In this document: positions 22,882 through 34,759 of the stretch, one piece after another
How the letters are laid out: the number at the start of each line of letters is the position of its first letter
Numbering within the stretch: the stretch's first letter is position 1
NCBI GenBank assembly: GCA_001600695.1
Contig: BCKQ01000018.1
Span: 202,103 to 266,102, forward strand
DNA length: 64,000 nt
Reading direction: 5' to 3'
Origin: Ascoidea asiatica JCM 7603
Taxonomy: Eukaryota; Fungi; Ascomycota
Notes under the pieces: generated by a model
What the model was told of the DNA's origin: nothing
Databases searched by the model: none
What the model saw: the letters and a program-made list of their open reading frames with translations, nothing else
Program-made: the position numbers and the translations under genes

Positions 22882-25191
22882 ATGTCAGATCCAGAAAAAG
22901 GTATAATTGCTACTAGACAAAGAAGGGCTAATGCCGGAACAAGGTTAAAAGCATTGTTACAGTCAGAGCACTTTTTAACCAACAATGAGGAAGATGAAAA
23001 TGTAAATCTTTTATTTCAAGAAGATGAGGAAGATGAAGAGTTTGATGTAGAATCTGAAGGTTCAAGTTCTGAAGATGAATTACAAGGCTCTACAGATATT
23101 GGTTCAAAAAAGCATTCTCGTGAAGAAGATGATAATATTGAGAATGATGATGATTTTTTTTCTGATTCTGATTCTGATTCTGATGCTAAAGATGACGAAG
23201 AAGAAGGTGAAAAGGAGTTACAAAAGCAAGAGCGAATCAAGAAAAAAAAATTAAGAAAAAAAAACAAAGTTCCAAAATTAGTACAGAAAAGTGTTCAAGC
23301 CGAACCTGTGAAGAAAAAAAGAAAAGAGAAAAAGTTATCAGAAGCTTTGCTATCTACCAATAGAAGATCCTCATCAAGAAAACATTCTGTTCAAAATAGA
23401 CTTGAACTTGTTTCGAAGATCAAAGAATCTGAAGTTCGTCGAGAAAAATTTTTACAGGCAATTGCTTTGGCTCCCAAAAAAGAATCTCATATATTAACCC
23501 AAGAAGAATTATTATTGGAAGCTGAAGAAACGGAAAGGCGAAATATTTTATCATTGAATAAGTTCAAAGAACAGGAATATCATAAAAAACAAAAAAGGAT
23601 ACATATGCAAAACTCGAAAAGAACAATATTAAAAAATGTAATAAGGTTAAAAAGTATTGAATATCACATAACGCCTGAAGACGATGTCCTTGAACAATTA
23701 AAATTAGAAAATATTGAGAAAATAAAACAAAGGGAACGACGCGGAAGAAAAAGTGAAAAACAAAAGCAGTTAGAGCGTGAAAAACTAAAAGAAAAAGAAA
23801 TTTTCAAAGAATTTCAGGAAAGAGGAAAGTTAATTGAGATTGGAATACCGCATGAAGAAATCACAAAAATAATGGAAAAAAGAAGACAAGAATTTTTGTC
23901 TGAAAAACCTTCCGTTGATAATAATATAAAAGATTCCAGTGTTTTGACTATTGCTTCTCCAATTACAAATAAACAAATAATAGAAAGTAAAAATAACAGT
24001 ATAGGCAAAATTAAAAATGAAGAATTAATAAAGGAATTTGAACTCAAAGATAATCGGGTATTAAGCTTGAAAGAACCTCAACCTAAGGCTAACTACGAAA
24101 TAAAGTTAGAAGAATCTATTATTGGAAAACAGTTGGATGAGAAAATGCTCTGTCATACCCCCGCTGATATTAAGAATTCAGAAAGCTTAGAAAATGTCCA
24201 AGACATCAATAGTAAACTTCTAGAGTCCAAAACAGAGGAATTCCCCGAGTTGGAGAAAGAGACGATAAGTAATTCAACGCCAAATTCTGTAAGTGATGAG
24301 TTTCCAATTAACATTAGTTCTTGCCAAGCAGAGAAAAATTCTATCCTTATTAGCCGACAGAACGGTTTAACTGAGGCTTCAGAGATAATCCACGAGAGTC
24401 TGGATTCAGTGAAAAATGTCAATTATAACTTGTCTCTGGGTGAATCATCTCTTCCTGATGGCCCCCTTCCGAAGCAAAAGAAAGTAACATTTGTGGATCC
24501 AATAGAAAATGTTGAAGTTAACGAACTTAGTATTCCACCTAGTATAGTTCCTTCGATTGCATCTAATGATCAAAAAGCTGAAAAACAAGTATACGAGGGG
24601 CCTTCATTCAAAACATTTCGTAATTTCGTATCTTTTCTGAATTTCGAAGATGAATCTATAATGAAAGATTTTTCGAAGAGTAAAAGTGTATTATTTGGTG
24701 AACAATCGCTTTGGTTAGCAAAAAGAAGGGAGTTTGATCCTAAAAAGCTTACAAGAATTGTTCATATTAAGCCCTTACCTAAAATTTCCCTTCAAACTTC
24801 ATATAATATTGATTTAAGTAAAGACTCTTTTGCAAAATTAACCTTGCTTCCAAGATTTGGTGATAATGAAAATAAATCGACTAAAACTGTAACAACCGTG
24901 GACGTTAAAAATTATAATGATAGAAGTATCGAAATCAAAACCAAAGCACCAACTGGAATTTATCTCAGTAATGGAAAGAAAAAAATATGTCAAATTACAG
25001 GTGATGAGGCGCAATACTTCGATCCTAAAACTGGAATTCCGTATGGAAGTGTCGAAGCATATAAATTTTTAGAATTAATTCAAAATGACAATATCTATTG
25101 GTCAGATTTAGGGAAAGAAAATTTGGGCTTTTACGTGTGTTCTCCTTACTCCATAAAACCAGCTTCAGGTGTACCAGAAGGATGGAATTAA
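22882..25191 (+). CDS. VPS72: SWR1 complex subunit Swc2/YL1
   Basis: RQRRANAGTRL, acidic tract, LTQEELLLEAEETE and C-terminal YL1-C CQITG..AQYFDPKTGIPY. Confidence 0.92.
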   Translation: MSDPEKGIIATRQRRANAGTRLKALLQSEHFLTNNEEDENVNLLFQEDEEDEEFDVESEGSSSEDELQGSTDIGSKKHSREEDDNIENDDDFFSDSDSDSDAKDDEEEGEKELQKQERIKKKKLRKKNKVPKLVQKSVQAEPVKKKRKEKKLSEALLSTNRRSSSRKHSVQNRLELVSKIKESEVRREKFLQAIALAPKKESHILTQEELLLEAEETERRNILSLNKFKEQEYHKKQKRIHMQNSKRTILKNVIRLKSIEYHITPEDDVLEQLKLENIEKIKQRERRGRKSEKQKQLEREKLKEKEIFKEFQERGKLIEIGIPHEEITKIMEKRRQEFLSEKPSVDNNIKDSSVLTIASPITNKQIIESKNNSIGKIKNEELIKEFELKDNRVLSLKEPQPKANYEIKLEESIIGKQLDEKMLCHTPADIKNSESLENVQDINSKLLESKTEEFPELEKETISNSTPNSVSDEFPINISSCQAEKNSILISRQNGLTEASEIIHESLDSVKNVNYNLSLGESSLPDGPLPKQKKVTFVDPIENVEVNELSIPPSIVPSIASNDQKAEKQVYEGPSFKTFRNFVSFLNFEDESIMKDFSKSKSVLFGEQSLWLAKRREFDPKKLTRIVHIKPLPKISLQTSYNIDLSKDSFAKLTLLPRFGDNENKSTKTVTTVDVKNYNDRSIEIKTKAPTGIYLSNGKKKICQITGDEAQYFDPKTGIPYGSVEAYKFLELIQNDNIYWSDLGKENLGFYVCSPYSIKPASGVPEGWN

Positions 25192-25358
25192 AAAGAGTTT
25201 ATAATATGTTGCAAAAAACTAAAGATATGTATTAAAATTAATTGAGATTAAGGTAATGTAATGACTAAAGTTCTAGAAATTTTTATATAATATTTTTTTA
25301 CATTAAAGAATTCTATATAAATCAACAGAAATCAAAAAATGCAGTCGCCTAATTATAA

Positions 25359-26837
25359 CTACTCATTTCTTTTCCAATTTTTCTTTTTATATTTTCTATT
25401 TTCTTGAAAATCTTTTGTTTGACGGATTGCTTCAGATTTGGCTCTTTCTGTTGTTTCTTGTAGAGTCAATATAGCACCTTTGTCAACTTCTTCTTTGGGT
25501 ATTCTCATATTGATTACACTTTCTATCCTCTTGAGTAATTCAATATCGTATTGCGTTACTAAAGATATAGATTTACCACTTTTACCTGCTCTTGCGGTTC
25601 TTCCAACTCTATGAATATAAGCTTTGGAATCAGTTGGTAAATCATAATTTATGACCAAATCAACTTCTGGAATATCTAAACCTCTTGCAGCAACATCTGT
25701 GGCAAACAATATTTGTTTATTTCCACTTTTGAAATTATTCAATGCACCCAACCTTTGAGTTTGAGTAAGCTGCCCATGTAAAGGTATAGCAGAAAACCCT
25801 AATTGTCTTACTAATAAGGCTGATCGCTGAGCATGAGCACAAGTTCTTGTGAAGCAGATTATAGATTTTCCGATATTTTCGTTTAAGAGATATACTAAAA
25901 ATGTGTCTTTAATTGCTGATGGGCATACAATCAATCTTTGAACTAATGTGTTTACAGTGGAATATTTATCAGATACTTGAACTTTAACAGGTTTATGTAA
26001 TGAAGCTCTCTGTAATTTTTCTAATTTTGTTGTCATTGTCGCTGAGAACAAAAAAGTTGTTCTTTGATTTGGTATGCATCTTAAAATTGAGTCAATTGCA
26101 GGACCAAACTCCAATTCTAACAATCTATCAGCCTCATCCATAATTAGAAACTTCAATGCTTTAAGTGAAAACCCTTTGGTATTTTCCAAATGATCAACTA
26201 ATCTTCCAGGTGTAGCTATAATAACATGAGGTTTTTTCATTAATTGAATAGATTGATCTACCATTGGCATACCCCCTACTAGAACGCAAGAACGTAAACC
26301 CATGCTACTTCCCAAAGCGTCAAATGTTTCTTTGATTTGAAAAGCTAATTCTCTCGTTGGTGCTAAAACACATGAAAAATACGGAGTTCTTGCATGCCAT
26401 AAAGCTTGAAGAACGGGTATTGCAAAAGCAGCAGTCTTTCCAGAACCAGTTTGAGCTAACCCTATAATATCATTTCCTGCTAATGCCGCAGGTATTCCTT
26501 GTGCTTGAATTGGTGTTGGTTTAGTATAATTTAATCTCTCGCATGATTCAAGTAATTCACCTATTAAATTTAGTTCTTTAAATGACTGTATTTCAGGTTC
26601 ATCTTTTTTCTTTTCAATTTCAGGAATTTCTGTTTCATCAGCTCTTGGGGGTTGAATTTCAATTTCCTTCTTTTCTGATTTTTCCTTATTTTGTTTTTGA
26701 TAGTTTTTTTTAATTTTTTCAACTAAGTCTTGAACTGATTTTTTATCTGATAATGATTTTTTATCAAATTTTTTTGACTTTGGATCCTTCTTGGAAACTT
26801 TAGATTTCGAAGCAGATATAACGCTAGACATATTCAT
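25359..26837 (-). CDS. RRP3: DEAD-box rRNA helicase (start ATG 26837 or 26831 rather than the track's TTG)
   Basis: [54 protein letters not shown]. Confidence 0.93.
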   Translation of the reverse strand: MNMSSVISASKSKVSKKDPKSKKFDKKSLSDKKSVQDLVEKIKKNYQKQNKEKSEKKEIEIQPPRADETEIPEIEKKKDEPEIQSFKELNLIGELLESCERLNYTKPTPIQAQGIPAALAGNDIIGLAQTGSGKTAAFAIPVLQALWHARTPYFSCVLAPTRELAFQIKETFDALGSSMGLRSCVLVGGMPMVDQSIQLMKKPHVIIATPGRLVDHLENTKGFSLKALKFLIMDEADRLLELEFGPAIDSILRCIPNQRTTFLFSATMTTKLEKLQRASLHKPVKVQVSDKYSTVNTLVQRLIVCPSAIKDTFLVYLLNENIGKSIICFTRTCAHAQRSALLVRQLGFSAIPLHGQLTQTQRLGALNNFKSGNKQILFATDVAARGLDIPEVDLVINYDLPTDSKAYIHRVGRTARAGKSGKSISLVTQYDIELLKRIESVINMRIPKEEVDKGAILTLQETTERAKSEAIRQTKDFQENRKYKKKNWKRNE

Positions 26838-27250
26838 AAAAATATAGAAACACCTTGAAATAGATTCATTTAAACCACTCAAATATGGAAGTTTTCATAA
26901 AAAATAGTGAAAGCTCAAATTTATTTCAAGAAAAATATTTTTTTTCATCGGAAATAAAGTTGCTGATAAATTCATGGATGATTAAAACTTCAAAGCACGT
27001 GTTTTAAACTCGAACTTGCTTTGGAGCCAGGACTTTGGGTCATTAGGCTATCAAAGTGTATTATGCTGAAGTTACCATACTGTAGAGTGAAAGCGTTATC
27101 CGCGGGATTCATTCATGTCTGGAAGCATTCTTTGAAAATAAAATTAAAAAAAATATATTTCAAATAGTTTTGCATCCAAAGTCATATCTTTTATCAAATA
27201 ACCTTTTACTTTTAACATAAAGTTTTGAAAATATTATAAAAAAAATAAGG

Positions 27251-28183
27251 ATGGCCAATTCTAGGTATGAGCTTTTGAATAAAGATCATCAAGATCATCA
27301 AACCAAACTTTGTTTAAGGTAATTTATTAGTTGGGTTCTAACAAAACATTTACAATTTCAATAAATTCTCTAAATTTAAAGATATGAATATGTTAAACAA
27401 TTCGAAAAGGAAAACTATTTATTGCAAAATTGTTATATAATCGTACGAGTTGATGGTAAAAGTTTTCATAAATTATCCGCACATTATAATTTTAAGAAAC
27501 CAAATGACATAAGGGCGTTAAACCTTATGAATAAATGTGCTGAAACCCTTATGAAAAAATTCAGTGATATTATTCTTTCATATGGAGACTCTGATGAGTA
27601 CTCGTTTTTATTAAGGAAAGATTCCACTTTATATGAACGAAGAGAAGCAAAGCTCAATTCTTTATTTGCTAGTTATTTCACAAGTTTCTATTCATATTTT
27701 TGGCCAACTTTTTATACTGATCCTATTGATGAATTATCAATTGAAAAACAATTACCTTCTTTTGATTCAAGATGCGTTCTTTATCCAGATAAAGAAAATG
27801 TAAAAGACTACTTTAGGTGGAGGCAAGTTGATTGTCATATCAACAATTTATATAATACCTGTTTTTGGGCATTGGTTGAAAAGGGGAAAATGACCCCAAA
27901 AGATGCTGAAAATAAGTTGATGGGAACATTGTCTTCCGATAAAAATGAAATTTTATTCAAGGAATTTGGAATTAACTATAATAACGAACCTGAAATCTTT
28001 AAGAAAGGTACAGTTATTATAAGAGAATTTCATCCCAAAGCACTTAAGAAAGATAATAAAACAGCAGAATTAACATCAAGACAGAAACAACGGGAAGATA
28101 AAAAAATTAAAAAATCAAAAATAAATATTAGTCATACTGACATAATAAAGGAATTATTTTGGGAAAATAATATTATTGATTGA
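27251..28183 (+). CDS. THG1: tRNA(His) guanylyltransferase; 2 exons: 27251-27264 and 27382-28183
   Basis: The spliced N-terminus MANSRYEYVKQFE matches the family. Motifs VRVDG..FH, GDSDEYSF, WRQVDCHINNLYN, FGINYNNEP. Intron GTATGA...TTCTAAC...AAG. Confidence 0.95.
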
Positions 28184-28268
28184 ATATGTATATATATATA
28201 TAAAATGAGTAAACCTTAAAAATATTCTAGTTGTAATTGAAATGAAATCTCTTTTTTATTTTCTGAAA

Positions 28269-28964
28269 TTAAATACCGAATTTTCTCTCAATTAGTTCCA
28301 ATAATTTTGGAAAAATAATATCAGATGTTTCGCCTTGAACACTATATAAAACATTTCTTTGAGAATAATACTCTTTCAAAGGGGTTACTTCTTTTTCATA
28401 CGTTTCCAATCTTTTTCTGAATGTTTCTGGATTATCATCTGGTCTTTTAGTTAATCGATCACCTGTGATGTCATCCTTTCCTTGAACTTTCGGTGGGTTA
28501 TACTGTAGATTATATACACGACCAGATGGCTGATGAATCCATCTGTTTTCAATTCTTTGCAAAATCACACTAGAAGGAACGTCAAGTTCAACAACTAAAT
28601 TAATAGCAGAATTGTACTTTACCAAATTTTCATCCAATTTTAATGCTTGATTATATGTTCGTGGGAACCCATCTAATAACCACGAATTTCTATGACGCGC
28701 TGAGTGTTGAAGAGATACCAATTTTTGAGATCTCAACTCTGAGAAAATTAGTTCAATTATAGTCTTGTCTGGAACCAATCCACCTGATTTTATTAGACTA
28801 GACACTTGATTTCCAATTTCGGTTTTTGTTGCAATTTCTTTTCGAAGTAAGTCACCACTTACAACTGTTTTAAGGTCGGGAAAGTTTTTGATTAAGCGAG
28901 ATAATTGAGTTCCTTTACCAGCTCCTGGAGCTCCAAGCAAAATACATCTGAAAGGATTAAGCAT
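28269..28964 (-). CDS. ADK2: Mitochondrial GTP:AMP phosphotransferase (adenylate kinase 3 type)
   Basis: GAPGAGKGT, WLLDGFPRT, RWIHQPSGRVYNL..NPPK, L..RPDD. Confidence 0.92.
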   Translation of the reverse strand: MLNPFRCILLGAPGAGKGTQLSRLIKNFPDLKTVVSGDLLRKEIATKTEIGNQVSSLIKSGGLVPDKTIIELIFSELRSQKLVSLQHSARHRNSWLLDGFPRTYNQALKLDENLVKYNSAINLVVELDVPSSVILQRIENRWIHQPSGRVYNLQYNPPKVQGKDDITGDRLTKRPDDNPETFRKRLETYEKEVTPLKEYYSQRNVLYSVQGETSDIIFPKLLELIERKFGI

Positions 28965-29251
28965 CTGAAATATTTTCAAGAACAAAATTTTCAGAAGGTT
29001 TATAATTCTTTTTATTGTTGAATATAAGTTTTTTATTTCTCGGTTTCATAAAATCCCAGAAAAATAATGTTATTATCTTCGCACTTACCTTACGGGAAGT
29101 ACTTTTCCAGAAAGCGGTTTTATTTTGAAAGTTTATGATTCGACCAAAAGCTACTTTTATAATTCTCCAGTGACAATAACTCACAACTTAATCATTTGAA
29201 ATTAAGTTAGTGGATAGCATTTTATTTAATATCAGCTAATAAGCATAGAAG

Positions 29252-30046
29252 ATGAATGATTTAATTCCTTTGTCAGAATCCTTGAAGGTTAGTTTAAATT
29301 CTTATATCCCTTCATCAAAGACCAACGATGACTCGTTCAGATCAAGAAAACCATTTATAACTCTAACTTATGCTCAATCATTGGATTCTAGAATATCAAT
29401 TGCAAAAGGAAAACAAACGAAAATATCTCACTTGGAAACAAAAACTATGACACATTATTTGAGATATAATCATGATTCGATATTAGTTGGTGTTGGTACT
29501 TTTTTAGCTGATAATCCAAGTCTAAACTGTCGCTATAAAAATAGTCACTTTATAAGGCCGATAATAATGGATCCAAAATTCAAAACTAAAGATTTATACT
29601 TTAAATCAAAGTTAAATGATTTAGCTATGCGTAATCTTGGTCTTGGTGGTTTTATCATAATAAATGAAGATATTTATGAACAAAATGAAGAGTTTCAAAA
29701 AACAATTTCAAGTACCAAACATGGGAATGGTTCTTTAATTCCAATTAGAATTGATAGTACTAAGGGCAAGATAAACTGGACAAATTTATTCCAGACTTTG
29801 CAATCCAAATTTCAATTAAACTCTATTATGGTTGAAGGTGGAGCTTTCGTTATAAACGACCTATTATCTTCCAATGAAAACTCAAATTTGATTGACTCGT
29901 TAATTATAACTATAGCTCCAATATTTCTCGGTTATGATGGTGTTCAAGTATCACCTCAAACAGCCATATACCTCAACGAAAACCCTGATAAAGTAAAATG
30001 GTGGACGGGAATCCAGGATTCTGTTTTAATGATCAAATTTAGTTGA
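29252..30046 (+). CDS. RIB7: 2,5-diamino-6-ribosylamino-4(3H)-pyrimidinone 5'-phosphate reductase
   Basis: PFITLTYAQSLDSRI, MTHYLR, ILVGVGT.LADNPSLNC, MVEGGA. Confidence 0.95.
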   Translation: MNDLIPLSESLKVSLNSYIPSSKTNDDSFRSRKPFITLTYAQSLDSRISIAKGKQTKISHLETKTMTHYLRYNHDSILVGVGTFLADNPSLNCRYKNSHFIRPIIMDPKFKTKDLYFKSKLNDLAMRNLGLGGFIIINEDIYEQNEEFQKTISSTKHGNGSLIPIRIDSTKGKINWTNLFQTLQSKFQLNSIMVEGGAFVINDLLSSNENSNLIDSLIITIAPIFLGYDGVQVSPQTAIYLNENPDKVKWWTGIQDSVLMIKFS

Positions 30047-30112
30047 ATCGAGCTTTAACCCTACATTTTTTACTCTAAAAAAAATATTTTATTACTATAA
30101 ATGACAAAGGAA

Positions 30113-30757
30113 TTAAAAACATATTCTGTAACTTGCATAACGACCAGCTGTTTCACTTCTTCTTATGATTTTAACAGCCTGACCTCTTTTTAAACCTAGA
30201 TAACGAGCCACTGGATCTTCTTTTTGAATTCTGGGCAATTGACTTTCTTTCAATCTATATCTTTCCAACAAAGCTCTTTTTTCAGAATCAGATAATCTAA
30301 TATGTTTTGGTACCAATTCATGATGTGTGATATTAACAATTAATTCTTTCTCGACAAATCTTTCGATAACAGCAGGAGCTGCTCTTGGCATTAATTTTAA
30401 AGCGTTTGCTGTAATTCCCTGTCTATAAACAAATATACCAGTTGAAAAATTCTTTTCGTTCAAATGGGTACATAAATCTCTAATTTCTTTAACACTAACA
30501 TTTTTCTCTTCTGAGAATTCCACCCATATTGTTCCTAATTCAGGAAATTTGGCCAATGCTTCTTCTGACGGAGTTGCTTGAAAACACATCAATTTTCTTT
30601 TTGGAGCTCCCATAGCATCACATACATTTCTTCTAAATTCTTCCAAGCTAATATTGATTTCTTCATTTGAAATATTGTAACCTCTATCTCTTACCATTTC
30701 TTTTATAGTTTTATAAACTCTCCACAAACGGGAGGCATCTCTTTCTTCTTCATCCAT
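30113..30757 (-). CDS. RPB5: RNA polymerase I/II/III shared subunit ABC27
   Basis: [36 protein letters not shown]. Confidence 0.97.
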   Translation of the reverse strand: MDEEERDASRLWRVYKTIKEMVRDRGYNISNEEINISLEEFRRNVCDAMGAPKRKLMCFQATPSEEALAKFPELGTIWVEFSEEKNVSVKEIRDLCTHLNEKNFSTGIFVYRQGITANALKLMPRAAPAVIERFVEKELIVNITHHELVPKHIRLSDSEKRALLERYRLKESQLPRIQKEDPVARYLGLKRGQAVKIIRRSETAGRYASYRICF

Positions 30758-31197
30758 TTTGTTTTGTATGTGTTTCTTTGGAAGTAAGTTTTGATTGATA
30801 ACTTCTTTTAAGTATCTCTTATCTTTGAATTCCTTTGTTTACTTTTTTAATTTATTCCTTTTTGAATATTCCCAAACCTCTTTTTGTTCTCTAAAGCACT
30901 TGAAATTTTTTATTTTTCAGAAATTCTTTCTTTTACCGTTAAGATATTTAAGATTTTAAATAACTGAAATTTCAACAAAGTCACGTGTGTTTGAGGGATA
31001 TCCGAGGGTTCTTCAAAGCTAATTTCTCTACGGTAGTGATACAGTTTATTGTGAAAAATTCTTTAAATCAGCTAAATTTGAATCAATCAAAAAATTCAAA
31101 GAGTTTATCATAAAAATCTTTGTTTGATTTCTTTTCAAAGAGGCAACATCTTGGATAATGGAGATTTCCAAAAAGTATTAACTAGGAAGAAATAAAA

Positions 31198-33801
31198 ATG
31201 TCAGATTCTCATAAGGAAGAAGCCTTTTTTGAAGCTATAAACAATGGAGCCTACAAGCATGCTCATCAATTAATTTCAAAATTATTAAAAAAAAATCCAA
31301 ACACTATTTATTATAAAGTGTTGAGCTACTATGTACTAACTTTTTTGGGTAAAAAAGATGAAGCGGTTTTAAATTTGAAGAATTTATTAGGAACTCAAAT
31401 AAATGATTTCAGGACTATTAAGTTTTTGCATAAATTTTTCAAAGAGTCAAATTTGACAAATGAATCCAATCAAGTATTTGAAGATGCAATAAAAAGGTTT
31501 CCAAGTAATCATGATTTAATTAGTTTATGGCATAGAACAAACTTGGATGAACTAAATATTAGAAGCCTCCAAAAGTCCAGTCTTCAGTTACAAAAAATTA
31601 CAAGAGATCCCAAAACAAAACGAAATCTTATATTAAATGCTGCTTTTAATTATTATTTGGTATCAAATTTAGAGGATTCCACTGCTTTGGAGGAAAAACT
31701 ATTCCCCAATTTAGGCTTAAAACTTCTTGAAACAATAGAACCCTTAAAAACTTCACAAGAGTTATTCATACAATTGGTTTTACTATTTAAAGTGAATAAT
31801 CATAAACAAATAGTCACATTAGTCGATCATCGACTAGATACTTTAAAGTCTGATTCCAAAGAACAGAATTTCAATCCTATTGACTCCTTGGATTTAAATA
31901 TTTTATTAATGTACTTGAAATCTTTATTTTCATTAAAAGAATTTAAGCAGTCTTATGACTTTTGTTATGAGTTAATCATTATTCATGATTTTGATGATTT
32001 TGATACATGGAAGCAGTTTTTAAATTCAGCCAAAGAATTGAAAATATTAGATGATTTTGATGCCGCCTTAATAAAGTTCGAAGAAATTCTTAAAAAAAAA
32101 AAAAAACCTTCAAGAAACTTCAATTTAATTCAAGTTTATTATAGTTCAGAAATCAAAAAAAATATTGTTGATTTAAAAAACTCCTTAAATCTCTATTTAC
32201 TGGAATTTGGAAACAAAAGTTGCTCTTTTTATGACTTACGGCAGTTTGTTGTAGGGAATAATTTGATCGATCTCAAGGATTTTTTTGAGATTCTAGAGAC
32301 TCATAAGTTATCAAATTTTTCATCCTCCAAATTAACTTTAAATGAATCTACATGGCTTTTAAACCTTCAAAAGTTCAAAGCCATTCTTAATAAAGACAGC
32401 TTTTTCAGTTCATCTTCCAGTGATCTTAAAAATAAATTTATTGAAGACAACATTTCTTATTATAATAAGTCTAAGCATTTATTGGAAAAGAAATTAGATA
32501 CTGATTATTTCGTACCAAATGAATTTTTGTTCTTAAATATTCAAATCTATTTATCAGAATCATTCAATTCGTCAAATGTTATGAAATCTATCATTTTATT
32601 GGAGAATTTATTATTGGTAGACAAAAACGAGTTTCATTTGAAATTATGGTTGATTGTACTTTATAGAATGTTAAACCTGTTCCCATCCGCTCTATCAGTG
32701 TATAATTCTTTGTCTATTAAGTCGATTCAACACGATACTTTGGATTATTTGATTTTCAGCAATTTTTCTACATCGTTTCCAAAATCCAAGGACTTGTTGA
32801 TTAAAGAATTTATCAAATCAAATAGAACATTTTATAGTGAAGATAAACAATTTGTTTACTTAAACTACTATCTTTCAGAAGCTTACTCCAAAAAGTCATT
32901 CACACAGATAGAGGAAATGATTCTTTTTATAAATAAACTAAAAAACTCCAAATCTAAGTATTTAATGCTTATTGAAGAAATGAGGTACGGCAAAATTGCC
33001 AGTAGTTCATTTGATTCCAACAAAATTATAGATAATTGCTATAAGTTTATAAACATCTCTAAAAAAAAAAGCATGCATGACAATAGAGATTTCAAAACAT
33101 TATGGCAATATGGTATAGGAGAAGAGTTGCCATTAATATCTTCAAAACTAAACAGTTTATATGTTAATGATCCGACAAATGATACTCTTATTCAACTTAT
33201 TATTTTAAAGAACAGTCTTGTATATAAATCAGATTCAAAAGCGGAAGATTTTAGCCTTTTTGAGTCTTCCTTTGTTGCATTTAGTAAAGTTGCAGATACT
33301 ACAAATTTAGATTATCAAATCTTAAGAGTTTTTCTTAATTTAGGAAACTTTATATACCAAAAAGAAAAATCATCTCTTGAAAATGTATCTAGTTTTTTTG
33401 ATAAAGAGAATATTATTAAACTCATCAGTTCTAATAAAGTAGAAGGTGAAACTCTATTTTGGAATTATTTTAGCACCATAGTTACAGTTATTGAACTATC
33501 AAAAGATGTCATCAAATTTCTAACTGTTCATGACAATAGTATCCAAAACAATTTTAGAGGATTAACCAAGAAGTTGAAGCAAAAAGTAAATAGTGTGCTA
33601 AAAATGCTAAGAAATGATGAAGGTGAATTTATTCTTCAGACACAAAAGGAAAATCTGGTCATTTTAAAGACGCTAAAAAGCAAAATTACAAATTCTGAAT
33701 TATCGAAAAACCTAGATATTAAGTCATCATTAATAGATAAAATTTTTAATAATATTCGTGAAGATTATACTCAAGGTTTTAAGAATTTAAATCAAATTTA
33801 A
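31198..33801 (+). CDS. MDM20: NatB N-terminal acetyltransferase auxiliary subunit (NAA25)
   Basis: TPR-like N-terminus, DDFDTW, FGNKSCSFYDL, LKLWLIVLY, LSIKSIQHDTL, DNRD motifs. Confidence 0.85.
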   Translation: MSDSHKEEAFFEAINNGAYKHAHQLISKLLKKNPNTIYYKVLSYYVLTFLGKKDEAVLNLKNLLGTQINDFRTIKFLHKFFKESNLTNESNQVFEDAIKRFPSNHDLISLWHRTNLDELNIRSLQKSSLQLQKITRDPKTKRNLILNAAFNYYLVSNLEDSTALEEKLFPNLGLKLLETIEPLKTSQELFIQLVLLFKVNNHKQIVTLVDHRLDTLKSDSKEQNFNPIDSLDLNILLMYLKSLFSLKEFKQSYDFCYELIIIHDFDDFDTWKQFLNSAKELKILDDFDAALIKFEEILKKKKKPSRNFNLIQVYYSSEIKKNIVDLKNSLNLYLLEFGNKSCSFYDLRQFVVGNNLIDLKDFFEILETHKLSNFSSSKLTLNESTWLLNLQKFKAILNKDSFFSSSSSDLKNKFIEDNISYYNKSKHLLEKKLDTDYFVPNEFLFLNIQIYLSESFNSSNVMKSIILLENLLLVDKNEFHLKLWLIVLYRMLNLFPSALSVYNSLSIKSIQHDTLDYLIFSNFSTSFPKSKDLLIKEFIKSNRTFYSEDKQFVYLNYYLSEAYSKKSFTQIEEMILFINKLKNSKSKYLMLIEEMRYGKIASSSFDSNKIIDNCYKFINISKKKSMHDNRDFKTLWQYGIGEELPLISSKLNSLYVNDPTNDTLIQLIILKNSLVYKSDSKAEDFSLFESSFVAFSKVADTTNLDYQILRVFLNLGNFIYQKEKSSLENVSSFFDKENIIKLISSNKVEGETLFWNYFSTIVTVIELSKDVIKFLTVHDNSIQNNFRGLTKKLKQKVNSVLKMLRNDEGEFILQTQKENLVILKTLKSKITNSELSKNLDIKSSLIDKIFNNIREDYTQGFKNLNQI

Positions 33802-34339
33802 TGATATTTTAACATTTTGGCATTTTAGCATTTTATGTTTTTATAGTTTTTCATTTTAATTGATTTATCTATTTACATTTTTATTTATTTATATATACAG
33901 TATATATATTTTTTGAGTCAATACACCTTTAACTTTTTTGCATTTTTTTTTATTCCTATTTACATTTCTTTGAACATTTCTTTGATGCAACCAATATGTT
34001 TTGGTAAACATTATTTCAGATCTTTTTTTTCTTGAGTCTAGATTGACGTCCTTCAGAACATCATTCAAATAAGCAAATCACAAGATTTTTGACTTTACTG
34101 TATTTGATAAAAAGCAAAAATTAGGTTTGTGACCAAAGTAAAGAATCCAGTATTTTGGATGTTCTAAAATTCACGTGACTTTGTATCAACTGGCGAATTA
34201 AGATTCTTGAAATTAAAATCAAGCATGGAGATTTAGCTATCTAATGACTTACTGATAATGAATTAAAAGACATTTTTTATTTGAGCTTCAAAGTAATTCA
34301 TTTATTTTAGTTTAAAAATTATAAAAATAATACATTAAA

Positions 34340-34759
34340 ATGTCTGTTAGTTTGTGGCGTACTTTAAAAAATGCTTACTCTGTAGGTTTAAAACGTTATG
34401 CTTTTCAAATTGCCACAATTGGTGATGCAAAAGATGGTAAATTGATCGGTACTGATGATTCTGGTAATAAATTTTATGAAACTAAAAATGCAGAAGAAAT
34501 TCATTTAAGAACTCGTTGGGTTGAATATGCTGATAGAAACTTTGATATGGGTCAAGTAGAACCTGGATGGCATTATTGGTTGGCTTATGGTATAGATACA
34601 CCTCCAAATAAAACGGCAAAAGAAGATATTTCAGTAAGAGCTTATCCATTAGAAAAGCATAGTCCCAATTATACTCAGTCCCCAGGTGCTTATATTCCTT
34701 ATAATACAGCTATCCCAAAGTGTTCCAGTTGGAATGGTGAAGTTACTGAAAGAAAATGA
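34340..34759 (+). CDS. Complex I accessory subunit NDUFA12/B17.2 (N7BM)
   Basis: GKLIGTD..GNKFYE, RTRWVEY, QVEPGWHYWL, Y.PYNT. Confidence 0.92.
   Translation: MSVSLWRTLKNAYSVGLKRYAFQIATIGDAKDGKLIGTDDSGNKFYETKNAEEIHLRTRWVEYADRNFDMGQVEPGWHYWLAYGIDTPPNKTAKEDISVRAYPLEKHSPNYTQSPGAYIPYNTAIPKCSSWNGEVTERK

Noticed and set aside
26978-27070. Possible C/D snoRNA (GATGATT...CTGA) with hairpin CTTCAAAGCA/TGCTTTGGAG
   Set aside because: Weak C box and no rRNA-complementary guide recognised; the region is a divergent promoter with an E-box.
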